46,851 bases of DNA from an uncultured Clostridia bacterium (GCA_947168085.1 CAMVKM010000003.1:1-46851), one strand, 5' to 3'; numbered from the stretch's first letter, positions 16,720-26,907 are shown. The notes: generated by a model not told the origin, from the sequence alone. Numbers and translations are program-made.

Positions 16720-18582
16720 TTAACAACCTAAAGCTTTATCTTTGTGTTGTTTACTGTATGTTTGGTCTTTTGATTTACCAATATGCAATGTGTTTTTAAT
16801 CTTTGTTGTAAGTTTATGTGCTTCGTTGAACTCATTCACAAACTTTTGTTGTTCTGTAAAGTTGTTGCCTGATTTATTTATCATTTCTTTTTGCATTTCT
16901 TGCACAATACCACGATTGTCAATTGACCAAAAACCTGTTGTTTGACCATCTTGTGCTGGACCATCAAGCACAATTTCTGGGCCATAAATTTGATTGATCA
17001 AATCTCTTTCCTGATCATTTAATCGATCCAAAAATCCCTCTGCTGTAAATTTGTTTGAAAGTCTTTCTCCAACATTTTCAAGACCTTTTTGCATAAACGC
17101 TTTCATGTTGTCGTTTTTAACATCAAATTTGCTAGAGAATTTACAAGCATTTAGTGCATCTATTGCAAGTTTTGCTTGCAATGTTGCGCTTAAATCAACC
17201 TTATCATCAAAACCTTGTTTGGATTTAAAACTTTTTTCAAGTTCGGTTAATCCATTTTTACCCATTTTGGCACATTCTATAACTTTGTCTGAATTTTCTG
17301 ACACATAAGCACTAATCATTTCAGAAAATAAATCTTCGTTTTCTATGTCTTTTGTTACATCAAGTTTTGAAACAGTTTGTTGTTTTGCATATTCTTTATT
17401 CACAATAAGTGCTGATTTTCCACGAATGTTTTTAAGGTTTAATTTTAATTCAGGGTCATTAGCAAACTCGTTGTTATTGTTTATGTGTTCTTCCAAAATT
17501 GATGCTGATTGTCTGTAAAGATCTATTCTTTTTTTGTTAATTTCATCAAAACCAAAAATTGACCCCGCAAAACCACCCAATTTCTTTTCAAATTTGTCAC
17601 GTTTTTTTGCTGCCTTTGCTGCTTGTTTTGCTGCATATTCATTTTCTTTTCTAAGTTCTTTTTCAAGATTTTTTCTTAGTCTTTCATTGTTTGGATCCAA
17701 TCTAAGCATGCTTTGAAGATCATTAACTTTTTTCATTTGTTTTCCAAGTTTTACTGCCACTTTTGCAGCAAAAACTGTTGGATCTCTAAAATGAGAGTAA
17801 GCTTTTAGGGCATAATTTGTTCCAAAACCAGCGGCAATTCCAGTTCCAGCCAAAAGCCCAATTCCAGTAACTCCCAAAGTTGGAATCACAGAACCTGCAG
17901 CCACAGCACCACTCACAAGACCAGCTGCCACTGGCGCCAAAAATCCACCACTTGCAGCAATAATTCCAACACCCAAAGCCGCACCCGCAATAAGGCGAAT
18001 TCTTGAACGACGTTGAGCTTTCAATTTTTCTTGTAATCCACTTAAGTCCTCTGCTAGTTTTGGGTCTCTTTTAAGACTGGCATTTTTAATTTTGTCAAGC
18101 TCAGACAAAATAACAGTGCGGTTGTCATGAATGATTTCCTTTTCTGTTCTAAACATGCCTTCACTTAAAAGCATGAGCTTCATTTCACTTTGTGTTATTA
18201 CATCACCATCAGGACTTTTAAAATTTTGTCCATCAACTTCCCAACCAATTTGTTTAGCTAAATCTGCAATTTTTTTAGGATCGTTAATCATTGCTCTTTT
18301 TTCTTCAATTTTTTTGTTAATTTCCTGAGCTTTTGTGTCAGTGCTTGAAACAAATTTGTTGTCTTTTCTTAATTTAAAATTTTTAGACAAAGAGTAGCCG
18401 TCTTCAAGATATTCCGAAAACTGTGCCATCATTTTTGCGTTTGTCATTGCCTTTGTTATGTCTTCAATTTTTACTTCATTCCCAGAAACATCAAAAAATT
18501 TTTGGTTTTCAAATTTGTAACCATTTTGTGTTGCCCATTCCAAAATTGTTTTAAAAAAATCTGTTTGCATTAAACCTGCCAT
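16720..18582 (-). CDS. Hypothetical helical protein with a central Gly/Ala-rich hydrophobic hairpin
   Basis: 620-aa ORF with RBS AGGAAGG. A ~65-aa hydrophobic stretch lies between coiled-coil-like regions. No family recognised. Confidence 0.8.
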   Translation of the reverse strand: MAGLMQTDFFKTILEWATQNGYKFENQKFFDVSGNEVKIEDITKAMTNAKMMAQFSEYLEDGYSLSKNFKLRKDNKFVSSTDTKAQEINKKIEEKRAMINDPKKIADLAKQIGWEVDGQNFKSPDGDVITQSEMKLMLLSEGMFRTEKEIIHDNRTVILSELDKIKNASLKRDPKLAEDLSGLQEKLKAQRRSRIRLIAGAALGVGIIAASGGFLAPVAAGLVSGAVAAGSVIPTLGVTGIGLLAGTGIAAGFGTNYALKAYSHFRDPTVFAAKVAVKLGKQMKKVNDLQSMLRLDPNNERLRKNLEKELRKENEYAAKQAAKAAKKRDKFEKKLGGFAGSIFGFDEINKKRIDLYRQSASILEEHINNNNEFANDPELKLNLKNIRGKSALIVNKEYAKQQTVSKLDVTKDIENEDLFSEMISAYVSENSDKVIECAKMGKNGLTELEKSFKSKQGFDDKVDLSATLQAKLAIDALNACKFSSKFDVKNDNMKAFMQKGLENVGERLSNKFTAEGFLDRLNDQERDLINQIYGPEIVLDGPAQDGQTTGFWSIDNRGIVQEMQKEMINKSGNNFTEQQKFVNEFNEAHKLTTKIKNTLHIGKSKDQTYSKQHKDKALGC

Positions 18583-18816
18583 ATTTTTTTACCTTCCTTT
18601 TTGCTTTTCGTTGTTCTTGAATCCTTCAAACCTACAAAACTGTTTTAGCATTCTGTTGTTATGATATAACAAAAACAAAAAAAAGTCAAACAATTTAACC
18701 AAAAAAAGTCACATTTTTAGGGCTTTTTTATGTTTTTTTAATATTTTTTTTAATTTTTGAACAATTTTTGAATATTTCATTTGCAAAAAAACAAAAATTG
18801 TGTTATCATCATTTTT

Positions 18817-19623
18817 ATGAAATCAGTTATTGTTAGTGGTGCCTGTGGTGGCATGGGAAAAGCAGTTTGTGAAAAACTTGCCCAAAACAATTTTCAAGTT
18901 TTTGCTCTTGACATTGGTGGTAAGCCAGCCAAAGGCTGCGAGTTTGTTAAATGTGATGTTAGAGATTTAAACAGCATTGAAAACGCATTTGAAATCATTA
19001 AAAGCAAAACAAAAAAAATTGATGCAATTGTTCATTTTGCTGGAATTTATGATTTAAATTCTTTGATTGAAATTGATGAAAAAGATTTTGTCAAAATTTT
19101 TGATATCAATTTTTTTGGCATTTACAGAATTAATAAAATCTTTTTTCCACTTCTTGAAAAAGGGAGCAAAATTTTGATGACATCAAGTGAACTTGCCCCA
19201 CTAAATCAACTTCCTTTCACTGGTCTTTATGGCATTACAAAATCAACCATTGAAAAATATGCTTTTTCACTCAGAATGGAAATGAATTTGCTTGGAATAA
19301 AAGTTTGTTTGCTGCGCCCCGGCGCCGTTAAAACAAGCCTTTTAAATGCATCAACCACTGCCCTTGACAAATTTTGTAACAACACCAAAAATTTTAAATG
19401 TAATGCTGAAAAATTTAAAAAGATTCTGAATTCTATTGAAACAAAACATATTTTGCCAGAAACAATTGCAAACACAGTTTTAAAAATTTTAAAAGCAAAA
19501 AAACCCAAATATGTGACAAAAGTTAACACCAACAAATGGCTTAAACTTTTAAGCTCACTTCCAAAATCTTGGCAAGTTAAAATTATTGCAAAAATTTTAA
19601 AACCAAAACAAAAAAACCACTAA
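18817..19623 (+). CDS. Short-chain dehydrogenase/reductase
   Basis: SGACGGMG Rossmann motif and YGITK catalytic motif. Confidence 0.92.
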   Translation: MKSVIVSGACGGMGKAVCEKLAQNNFQVFALDIGGKPAKGCEFVKCDVRDLNSIENAFEIIKSKTKKIDAIVHFAGIYDLNSLIEIDEKDFVKIFDINFFGIYRINKIFFPLLEKGSKILMTSSELAPLNQLPFTGLYGITKSTIEKYAFSLRMEMNLLGIKVCLLRPGAVKTSLLNASTTALDKFCNNTKNFKCNAEKFKKILNSIETKHILPETIANTVLKILKAKKPKYVTKVNTNKWLKLLSSLPKSWQVKIIAKILKPKQKNH

Positions 19624-19637
19624 GTTTAGTGGTTTTT
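19611..19637. terminator. Bidirectional intrinsic terminator
   Basis: aaaaaccactaa-gt-ttagtggttttt. Confidence 0.8.
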
Positions 19638-20298
19638 ATTTTCCTGCAAAAAAGTAACTTAAATCAACTTTTTTAACCAATTCTTCAAATGGAACTCTGC
19701 CATCTAAAATAAATGAAATCCAATGCTTTTTGTTCATGTGCCACCCTGGAAAAACTGTTTTAAAATCAACATCTTCAGGGTTTCCACGAACGATTAAAAT
19801 TTCAACTTCTTTGTCTTCAGTTGCGCCTAACTTTTGAGCGTTTACATTAAAAATTCCAGCATACCACTTGGCGTTGTCTTGACGACGAAAAACTGCATAG
19901 CGTGGAAATTTTTCCCACAAATGTTCCGGATCATCTCCACGACGCTTTTTTATGTATGACACAATGTCTAGTGACAATTTTTCATCAAACGCAGTGTTTT
20001 TAAAACATTGTTTTTTTATGTCTTTTAAAACATCTTCCACTTCTTGCCTAACTTGTTTGCTAAACCCACCAGAAAAACCTTTTACTTTGTAAAGAGTGTA
20101 AGGCTCATTAAAATCTTTGTCAAAAACTTCGGTTGAAACCCCTTGTTTTTTTGAATACTCCACAACAAGCAAAAACTTGTTTTCTACAATATCTTTTTTG
20201 AAAACAAAAACATCTTTTTGCTTAACAAAACCAAATTTTTCAAAAGCATCATCAATTGGTTTTTGGTTTGCAAAAATTTCTTGTTCAAACTTTGCCAT
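19636..20298 (-). CDS. MmcQ/YjbR-family putative DNA-binding protein
   Basis: LWEKFP..AVFR, KWY and PGWHMNKKHWIS motifs. Confidence 0.85.
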   Translation of the reverse strand: MAKFEQEIFANQKPIDDAFEKFGFVKQKDVFVFKKDIVENKFLLVVEYSKKQGVSTEVFDKDFNEPYTLYKVKGFSGGFSKQVRQEVEDVLKDIKKQCFKNTAFDEKLSLDIVSYIKKRRGDDPEHLWEKFPRYAVFRRQDNAKWYAGIFNVNAQKLGATEDKEVEILIVRGNPEDVDFKTVFPGWHMNKKHWISFILDGRVPFEELVKKVDLSYFFAGK

Positions 20299-20307
20299 TT
20301 TTGCTCC

Positions 20308-20907
20308 TTAATAACAGTTTTTTATAAAAATGTTTTTTTGAGTGAACTTTTTGTCAAGTTTTTGTTTTATTTGCTGCCACTGAGTTGAATTATCAAAAAC
20401 ATTGTCAAGTTTTCCAACCCTCAAAAAGTCAGCAAAATCTTTAAACTCATTAAGAACAAACTCTGCAAACTCAAAAGTTTCAACTGGTTCAATTGAAAGC
20501 CATGTTTTAACTCCATTTTTTCTTGAAGCAATCAAAAATTCTTTTATGCTTTCAAAATCATTTTTCAAATCTTCACTAATTGACACCCCAACAATGTCTT
20601 CTTCATTAAAAACATCTAAAATGTTTAAAACTTTTTTTGGAAATCTTGACAAAAACAAAACACTTGCACCATGTTCATGCAAATTTTCAACAACCCACCT
20701 TGTGTGTGAATTGTCTGCAAATGGCAAAGGCTCGGTTTTGTAAGAAACTAAAACCCTTAAATTTGAATACATTTCAAAATCAATTTCGTTTTTTATTGGA
20801 AATCTTGCTCTTTGATTGAATTTACAAAATTTACAACCAACATTGCAAGTTTCATAAATATTTAAATATGTGTCCGCATCAAACGGAAAACCTTGTTTCC
20901 TAAACAT
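20308..20907 (-). CDS. Small radical SAM protein (SPL-like superfamily)
   Basis: NIYETCNVGCKFC (CxxxCxxC) and GVKTWLSIEPV. ATG 20907 has RBS AAGGA; 199 aa. Confidence 0.7.
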   Translation of the reverse strand: MFRKQGFPFDADTYLNIYETCNVGCKFCKFNQRARFPIKNEIDFEMYSNLRVLVSYKTEPLPFADNSHTRWVVENLHEHGASVLFLSRFPKKVLNILDVFNEEDIVGVSISEDLKNDFESIKEFLIASRKNGVKTWLSIEPVETFEFAEFVLNEFKDFADFLRVGKLDNVFDNSTQWQQIKQKLDKKFTQKNIFIKNCY

Positions 20908-20920
20908 AACAATTTCCTTT

Positions 20921-21142
20921 TTAATTTTTGTGTGCTGTAATGATTGTTTTTGAACTTTTGTTGACAACAAAAACCATATTTTCAATTTTGCAGTAAAAAT
21001 TCTTGCCTTTTTCACAAATTTTTGAGTTTTTTATCTTGTTTTTGCAAAAAAGCAAAACATTTTCATCTTTTAAATCTAGATTTTTCTTAATTCGTATTTC
21101 ACCTAAAGTTGTTGTGTGCAAAAGTTCAAAGTTAAAAGTCAT
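20921..21142 (-). CDS. DUF3781-like small protein
   Basis: HTTxLGxxRIKKNL...IITAHK signature; RBS GAGG. Confidence 0.75.
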   Translation of the reverse strand: MTFNFELLHTTTLGEIRIKKNLDLKDENVLLFCKNKIKNSKICEKGKNFYCKIENMVFVVNKSSKTIITAHKN

Positions 21143-21200
21143 AGTCTTACCTCAAAAAAATTCTATCACAAAAATTTTGTTTTGTATAGGCTTTTAAAAC

Positions 21201-21236
21201 AAAAAAATCTCCTTTTAAATCAAAAAGAAGATTTTT
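21201..21236 (-). terminator. Terminator after the TetR gene
   Basis: aaaaatct.ctttt/aaaag.agattttt imperfect hairpin. Confidence 0.5.
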
Positions 21237-21241
21237 AACAA

Positions 21242-21784
21242 TTATTTAATGCCATACATTTTACAAAGAGCATCATGCTCAAATTTTAATCTTTCAAGAA
21301 CAACTTTGTCGCTTGCTTCTTGCCCCAAAGTTTGCATAACTGCAAAACCATAACAAAAAATTAGCATATCCAAGTGAAATTTGTAGGCAAGTTGTTTTTC
21401 CACTCCAAATTTTTTACACATTTCATCTGTTGCCATTTCAATGTAATCCACACTAAAAGTGTCTTGTTCTGAAAAATTTAGATACAAAAATGAAAAAAGT
21501 TGTTGCTGTTCTCTTGCAAATTTAACAAAACTAAGCCCCAATGCTTGATAAACTGGAATGCCTTGACTTAAACATTCTTGTGACATTTTTTTGTGAATGC
21601 TTTGAATTTCTTTTTTCACTTCTTCTTCTATTGCTTGCATGCTTTTAAAAGATGAATAAATTGGCTGAGTTGAAACACCCATTTGTTTTGCCAAATTTCT
21701 TGCTGAAAGTTCTAGCCCTTGTCTTACAACTTCCACTCCTGCTTTTACAATTTTCTCTTTTGCTGAGTTTGTTTTTTCTGACAT
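21242..21784 (-). CDS. TetR-family transcriptional regulator
   Basis: LSARNLAKQMGVSTQPIYSSFKSM HTH. Confidence 0.9.
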   Translation of the reverse strand: MSEKTNSAKEKIVKAGVEVVRQGLELSARNLAKQMGVSTQPIYSSFKSMQAIEEEVKKEIQSIHKKMSQECLSQGIPVYQALGLSFVKFAREQQQLFSFLYLNFSEQDTFSVDYIEMATDEMCKKFGVEKQLAYKFHLDMLIFCYGFAVMQTLGQEASDKVVLERLKFEHDALCKMYGIK

Positions 21785-21798
21785 AATTCCCCCAAAAA

Positions 21799-21812
21799 AT
21801 AACATGTGTTAT
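21799..21812. promoter_or_regulatory. Putative TetR operator 1
   Basis: ATAACA-TG-TGTTAT inverted repeat next to the RBS. Confidence 0.7.
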
Positions 21813-21873
21813 GTTTAAACTATTTGCCATAAAAATTTATCAATGTAAATCATAGAAATATTAAATCATTTAA

Positions 21874-21916
21874 AATAACATATGTTATTATAACATTTAC
21901 GATATTTAAGTGTCAA
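21874..21916 (-). promoter_or_regulatory. TetR promoter with overlapping operator 2
   Basis: TTGACA-18nt-TATAAT with extended TG. A perfect palindrome AATAACATATGTTATT lies at 21874..21889. Confidence 0.75.
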
Positions 21917-21985
21917 GCAAAAAATGTGAAAAATAACAGAAAAAATCATAAAAAATCATGTTTTTTAATCTTTTTTTAATGTTTT

Positions 21986-23481
21986 TTATGCAAATTCTTC
22001 CAAAACAACAGTTCCATCAAGCCAAGACTTTAAAAATTTTGCAATCTTTCTTCCGCTAACTTTTTCCATACACACACAAAATTCTTGGGGCGATATTTCA
22101 GAAAAAGCAAAATCGTGATAAAGCGCTTTTAAACATTTTTCAGTTTTTGGCGCACCAATAGCATCACGTAAACTGTCAAACATCAAAAGAGATTTTACAT
22201 AAGTAATGTAGGTGTACTCCATCTCTGTTTTAAAACTTGAAACGGGACGATTTATGGCAGAGTCAAATTCATCATACACTGTTTTATAAACATCATAAAA
22301 AAGTAAGTAACTGCTCAAAGCATTTGAAACAACTTGTTCATACGTAAAATCATAACCAGTGTTTTTTCATAAAAAAGCGCAGTGCTAAATTCTGCCAGCC
22401 CTTCATCAATCCAAGCACATGTTTGTTGGTTGTTTCCAACAACTCCATACCACCATTGATGTGCAATTTCATGAACGATCACGTTGTTAAGTTCTGGTTC
22501 ATTTTCAATGCTAGAAGACACAAACACCAAATTTGGAAATTCCATGCCACCATGCAAAAAATTTGCTTTTGCAACATTTAGAGTTTTGTAAGGATAACTA
22601 CCAAACATTTCATTAAATGTTTTTAAAGCATCTACACAAGTTTTTAAGTGTTTTTCTGGTGTTTGATCATCAAAATAAAAATAATTTACTTGTGTTTTGT
22701 CAACATTTTGCGTTAAAACTTGAAATTTTGAACTAAGAATCATCGCAAAATCTCGAACTGCTTCGGCTTTAAAAGTGGTTGTTTTTGTTTCATTTTTTTC
22801 ACTTTCAAAACACAAATTGCCAGTGCTTGCCAAAATTAAATTGTTTGGATAAGTTAGTGACACTTCAAAATTTGCAACTTGACTGTAAAATGGATCTCCT
22901 GATGAATTGTAACAATCTGTGTTCCAATTTTCATTTTCAAAAACACAAAGTATCGGAAACCAATTCCCAAGATTTATTGTGTCTTTTCCAACTCCAAAAC
23001 GATGATTTACTTTTGGCAATATAACAGAAAAATTCAAAGTTAAAGCAATTTGAGCATTTGTTGGCAAAATTCCACCTAAATCAACGCTTAAAATTTGATT
23101 TTCATTTGAAAGTGTGAAGTTTTTTGATTCATTTAAACATTTTACTTCCAAAATGTCAATGCTACCATAACTTGCACCATCAAAAAAAGCATCTTTTTCT
23201 TGATTTTCACTGATTGCTTTGTGTTCCTTGGCTAATTCACTAAAAGCATTTGGATGCAAATGAAATTTTAGCTGTTGAAGCTGGCAACCTGTTTTGTTTG
23301 TGTAATTAACAACTTCAGATGCTGTAAGCGACATCATGTCATCTCCTAGTGTTGCATCAATTTGATAGGAATTTGCGTTTGCCACAACACTTTTTAATTT
23401 GTCTTGTGTGCTGTCGCATCCAGCAAAAGAAAAAATCAACAAAAAGCTAAGACTTAAAACAAGACTTAAAAATTTTTTCAT
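21986..23481 (-). pseudogene. M1-family zinc metallopeptidase lipoprotein split by a 1-nt frameshift
   Basis: Lipobox FAGC, GGMEF, HEIAH...EG. One extra A in the A6 run at 22362..22367 fuses both ORFs (EKNTGYDFTYEQVVSNALSSY). Confidence 0.85.
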
Positions 23482-23501
23482 AAAAAACTCCTTTTTCCTA
23501 G

Positions 23502-23531
23502 AATATATGAGTTTTTCGGCTTGTTTTATGC
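23502..23531 (-). promoter_or_regulatory. sigma-E-like sporulation promoter of the M1 peptidase
   Basis: GCATA-17nt-CATATATT. Confidence 0.45.
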
Positions 23532-23618
23532 TAAGCTAAAAAATTTTTAAAAAATTTTCAAAAAAACCTTGTGTATTTTTCAATTTTTTGGTATATTTAA
23601 AGCAAGGAGAAAAACAAA

Positions 23619-25076
23619 ATGTCTTTTTGCAAATTTTCAAGTCAAATCAACAGTCAAAACTTTACAATTGTTGAAAACAGATTTATTGAAGAATACCTTC
23701 CAACAGCAACCGGAGAACAAGTTAGGATTTACCTGTGGGGACTTTACTTGTGTTTTAACAACAATGTGTTGAAAAATGAACTTTCCAGCGCCAGCAGTTT
23801 TGCCGCAGACCTTGGCATTACCGAAGAAGAAGTTTTTAACGCTTTTAGATTTTGGGAAGAGCAAGGTCTTGTTCAGATTGTTAAAACAAAACCTTTTCAA
23901 GTTCAATACTTGCCCGTGAAAAATGCTGTGGCAAAACAAAAATTTAAGCCAAACAAATATGAACAATTTGATGTGCAAATTCAAAAAATCTTAAATGAAA
24001 GAATGTTTACGCCAAATGAATTTTTGGAATATCACACCTTGCTTGAAAATTATCACATAGCTCCTGAAGCTCTTTTGATGATTGCTGGTTACTGCGCAGA
24101 AAATAAAGGAAAAAATGTTGGATACTCTTACGTTTTGGCAGTTGCAAAAAACTGGGCAAATGAAGGGATTTTGTCTTTAAATCAAGTTGAAGAAAAACTT
24201 AAAGAAATTAGTGGTGTTAGTGCCGCATTAAAAGAAGTTTTTAAGGCTTTGGGCACAACAAGACAACCAAGTTTGGAAGAAAGACAAAACTACATTAAAT
24301 GGACAAAAAATTTTGGTTTTGACAAAGATGTTGTTGTTTTTGTTGCTAAAAATGTTAAAAAAGGTGGTTTTGACAAACTTGCAAGCAAAATGACAAAGTA
24401 TTATGAAATGCGCCTTATTTCAATCCGTGAAATTGAAGAATATGAAGCACACAAAACCGAACTTTTTGACCTTGCAAAAGAAATAAACAAAATTATTGGT
24501 GTTTACTTTGAAAGCCTTGAAAATGTTGTTGAAACCTACACCAACCCTTGGATTATGCGTGGCTACACTGAAGATGCATTAAAAGCAATTGCAAACTACT
24601 GCTTTAAAACAGGCGTGAGAACCCTTCAAGGAATGGATGGCGTTGTTGAAAAATTTTACAAAAACGGGCTTACAACCATTGAAGCAATTGTCCAGTATAT
24701 TTCCCAAGCAAAAGCACAAGATGAGCAAATTAAACGCATTTTGGAAAAAGCAAATCTTCAGCGAAATGTTGCAAGTTGGGACCGTGATTTTTACAAAACT
24801 TGGGTTTATTCATGGAACATGCCACAAGAAGTTATTGAATATGCCGCAACACTTGCTGCAGACAAAATACAGCCAATGCAATACATAAACAAAATTTTAA
24901 GCAACTGGTTTGAACAAAAAATCTTTACACTAGAACAAGCAAAACTTACTGGTGATTTATATAAAAACGGAATTGGTGTTGAAAGCAAAACTGACACTGG
25001 CATTATTCACTCAAGAAAATATACTACAGAAGAAATACAAAATCTTACAAGCAACATTGATGAAATTGATATTTAA
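23619..25076 (+). CDS. DnaD/DnaB-domain replication protein
   Basis: VENRFIEEYLP N-terminal domain, repeated Y...I..NW...GI..L DnaD-type domains, upstream of a DnaC-like ATPase. Confidence 0.85.
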   Translation: MSFCKFSSQINSQNFTIVENRFIEEYLPTATGEQVRIYLWGLYLCFNNNVLKNELSSASSFAADLGITEEEVFNAFRFWEEQGLVQIVKTKPFQVQYLPVKNAVAKQKFKPNKYEQFDVQIQKILNERMFTPNEFLEYHTLLENYHIAPEALLMIAGYCAENKGKNVGYSYVLAVAKNWANEGILSLNQVEEKLKEISGVSAALKEVFKALGTTRQPSLEERQNYIKWTKNFGFDKDVVVFVAKNVKKGGFDKLASKMTKYYEMRLISIREIEEYEAHKTELFDLAKEINKIIGVYFESLENVVETYTNPWIMRGYTEDALKAIANYCFKTGVRTLQGMDGVVEKFYKNGLTTIEAIVQYISQAKAQDEQIKRILEKANLQRNVASWDRDFYKTWVYSWNMPQEVIEYAATLAADKIQPMQYINKILSNWFEQKIFTLEQAKLTGDLYKNGIGVESKTDTGIIHSRKYTTEEIQNLTSNIDEIDI

Positions 25077-25087
25077 GGAGAAATGGC

Positions 25088-26023
25088 ATGAACAAAAAAA
25101 CGCTTGTCAACGAAACAATTAGCGACATTAAAAATCTTAAATTTAATGCAGAACTTTTAGCGGAACAAAACCTAAAAGAAATGCGCGCAAAATCAGAAGA
25201 ATTTAGAGTGTTTGATGATGAACTTAGGCTTGCAATGTTTGAAGTTGCTCAAAATCCAAAAATGAATCAAGAAAAAGTTAAGAAGTTTCTAAAACCCTTA
25301 AAAGACAAACGAACTCAAGCTCTGCTAAATGCTGGAAAACCCGCTGACTACACAGAACCACACTACTCATGCAAACTTTGTGATGACACTGGAATTTTAA
25401 AAGGTGAAAAATGTGTTTGTTTTAAACAAAAACTTCAGCAAAAACTCATTGAAAACAGTGGCCTTAAAGTTGAAAACTTGCACAGTTTTGAAGAGTCTAA
25501 CCCAAAAATTTTAGCCAAAAATGAAATGCTTTTAAAAGCACATAATCTTGCAAAACTTTACACCGAAAAATTTCCTGATGTGAAAACAAAAAATTTTGTT
25601 TTTATGGGTGAAGTTGGAACAGGAAAAACATTTTTGCTTGAATGCATTGCAAACAAACTTTTGGAAAGACAATTTTTTGTTGTTTACGCCACTGCCTTCA
25701 ATATTCAAAACACCATGATAAAAGCCCTTTCTGCTCCAGCATCAGAACGAGAACTTGTGATGTCTCCACTTTTGGAATGTGACCTTTTGATTATTGATGA
25801 CCTTGGAACAGAACCAATGATAAAAAACATTTCAGCATCAAGCTTGTTTTCGGTGTTAAACGAAAGAGAAACAAAAAACAAAGCAACATTAATTTCAACA
25901 AATTTGTCTTTTGATGATATTGAGGCTCGTTATGGCAATCGCCTTTTCTCAAGAATCTTCAATCAAAGAAAAACAAAAGTAATAGCTTTTTCTGGCAAAG
26001 ATTTAAGAATAAACACAAACTAA
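25088..26023 (+). CDS. DnaC/DnaI-like helicase loader ATPase
   Basis: CxxC...CxC zinc site, GEVGTGKT, LLIIDDLG, STN and SRI motifs. Confidence 0.88.
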   Translation: MNKKTLVNETISDIKNLKFNAELLAEQNLKEMRAKSEEFRVFDDELRLAMFEVAQNPKMNQEKVKKFLKPLKDKRTQALLNAGKPADYTEPHYSCKLCDDTGILKGEKCVCFKQKLQQKLIENSGLKVENLHSFEESNPKILAKNEMLLKAHNLAKLYTEKFPDVKTKNFVFMGEVGTGKTFLLECIANKLLERQFFVVYATAFNIQNTMIKALSAPASERELVMSPLLECDLLIIDDLGTEPMIKNISASSLFSVLNERETKNKATLISTNLSFDDIEARYGNRLFSRIFNQRKTKVIAFSGKDLRINTN

Positions 26024-26048
26024 AAAAGAGAGCATTTTGCTCTCTTTT
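26022..26048. terminator. Bidirectional intrinsic terminator
   Basis: aaaagagagca-ttt-tgctctctttt. Confidence 0.8.
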
Positions 26049-26907
26049 AATTTATCAAAACATTTTCTCCGGTTTTTGCATCTTGATAGGTTAAAAAATA
26101 ACCACTTCCCTTTACTCCATCAATTTCAAAAGGAAACCATTGGGCGTAAGGTTTTAAATCGTCATCCAGCAAAACATCTTCACTTTCTGTTGGAATGCCA
26201 TAACAAATGAACTTTAGCTTTTCATCATCAAAAATTTTTCCCAAAATGTAGTGATTTGAAAAATCTGATTTTGCATAAACCTTTACCCATTTTGAATTTT
26301 CTATTTTTTCTTCTAACTCTAAAAAGGGTTTATTTGAATTAAAAAGTTCATCAAACTGTTCATGTATTTCATCAAAAAAATTGTAGGTTTCATCAATGTT
26401 TTCAGAAAGACTTTTTAAGTTTTTGGAAGCGTTTTTTTGATTTTTTTCAAAATTTTCACTGTTTTTTAAGTTTTTTTCAAGTTTTTTTACGTTATTTTTT
26501 ACATCTTCAAAATTTCCCAAATTTTGATTAAAATCATTATTGTTTAACTCTTTGCTTTCTTCATTAAAAAATTTTGTTTGATTTTCTTGATTTTTTAGCT
26601 TCTTAAACTCATCCAAAATATCATCAAAATCTCCAACAAAATTTTCTGTTTTAGCTGTAACCAAAATTTTGTCATCACAAATAATGCATGCCGTTGGTAA
26701 ATTTAAATCATGAAAAATTGTTTCAAATTCAAACTCACTATTTTGCTTATCAAAAGCCAAAATGTTTTCTCCAATTTTCAAAACAAGTGTGCCTTTTGTT
26801 TCGTCAAAAAGTTTTAATTTACCTTTTAATTTGGTGTCGCACTCAAGCGACAAAATTCCAACAGTGTTTTGATTTAAGTCCTTTGCTAGCAAAACTTTTT
26901 TTTGCAT
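26047..26907 (-). CDS. Hypothetical protein
   Basis: 286 aa with RBS AAGGGGTG, low-complexity N/K/E centre and C-terminal HYILG...YGIP...GYFLTYQDAKTG. Confidence 0.75.
   Translation of the reverse strand: MQKKVLLAKDLNQNTVGILSLECDTKLKGKLKLFDETKGTLVLKIGENILAFDKQNSEFEFETIFHDLNLPTACIICDDKILVTAKTENFVGDFDDILDEFKKLKNQENQTKFFNEESKELNNNDFNQNLGNFEDVKNNVKKLEKNLKNSENFEKNQKNASKNLKSLSENIDETYNFFDEIHEQFDELFNSNKPFLELEEKIENSKWVKVYAKSDFSNHYILGKIFDDEKLKFICYGIPTESEDVLLDDDLKPYAQWFPFEIDGVKGSGYFLTYQDAKTGENVLIN

Noticed and set aside
18627-18650. UUGAA-GGA-UUCAA hairpin in the 620-aa gene leader as a CsrA site
   Set aside because: A single short hairpin is expected by chance, and there is no evidence for csrA here.
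26400-26600. N/K/E-rich stretch as a repeat array
   Set aside because: Low-complexity linker with no clear periodic unit.
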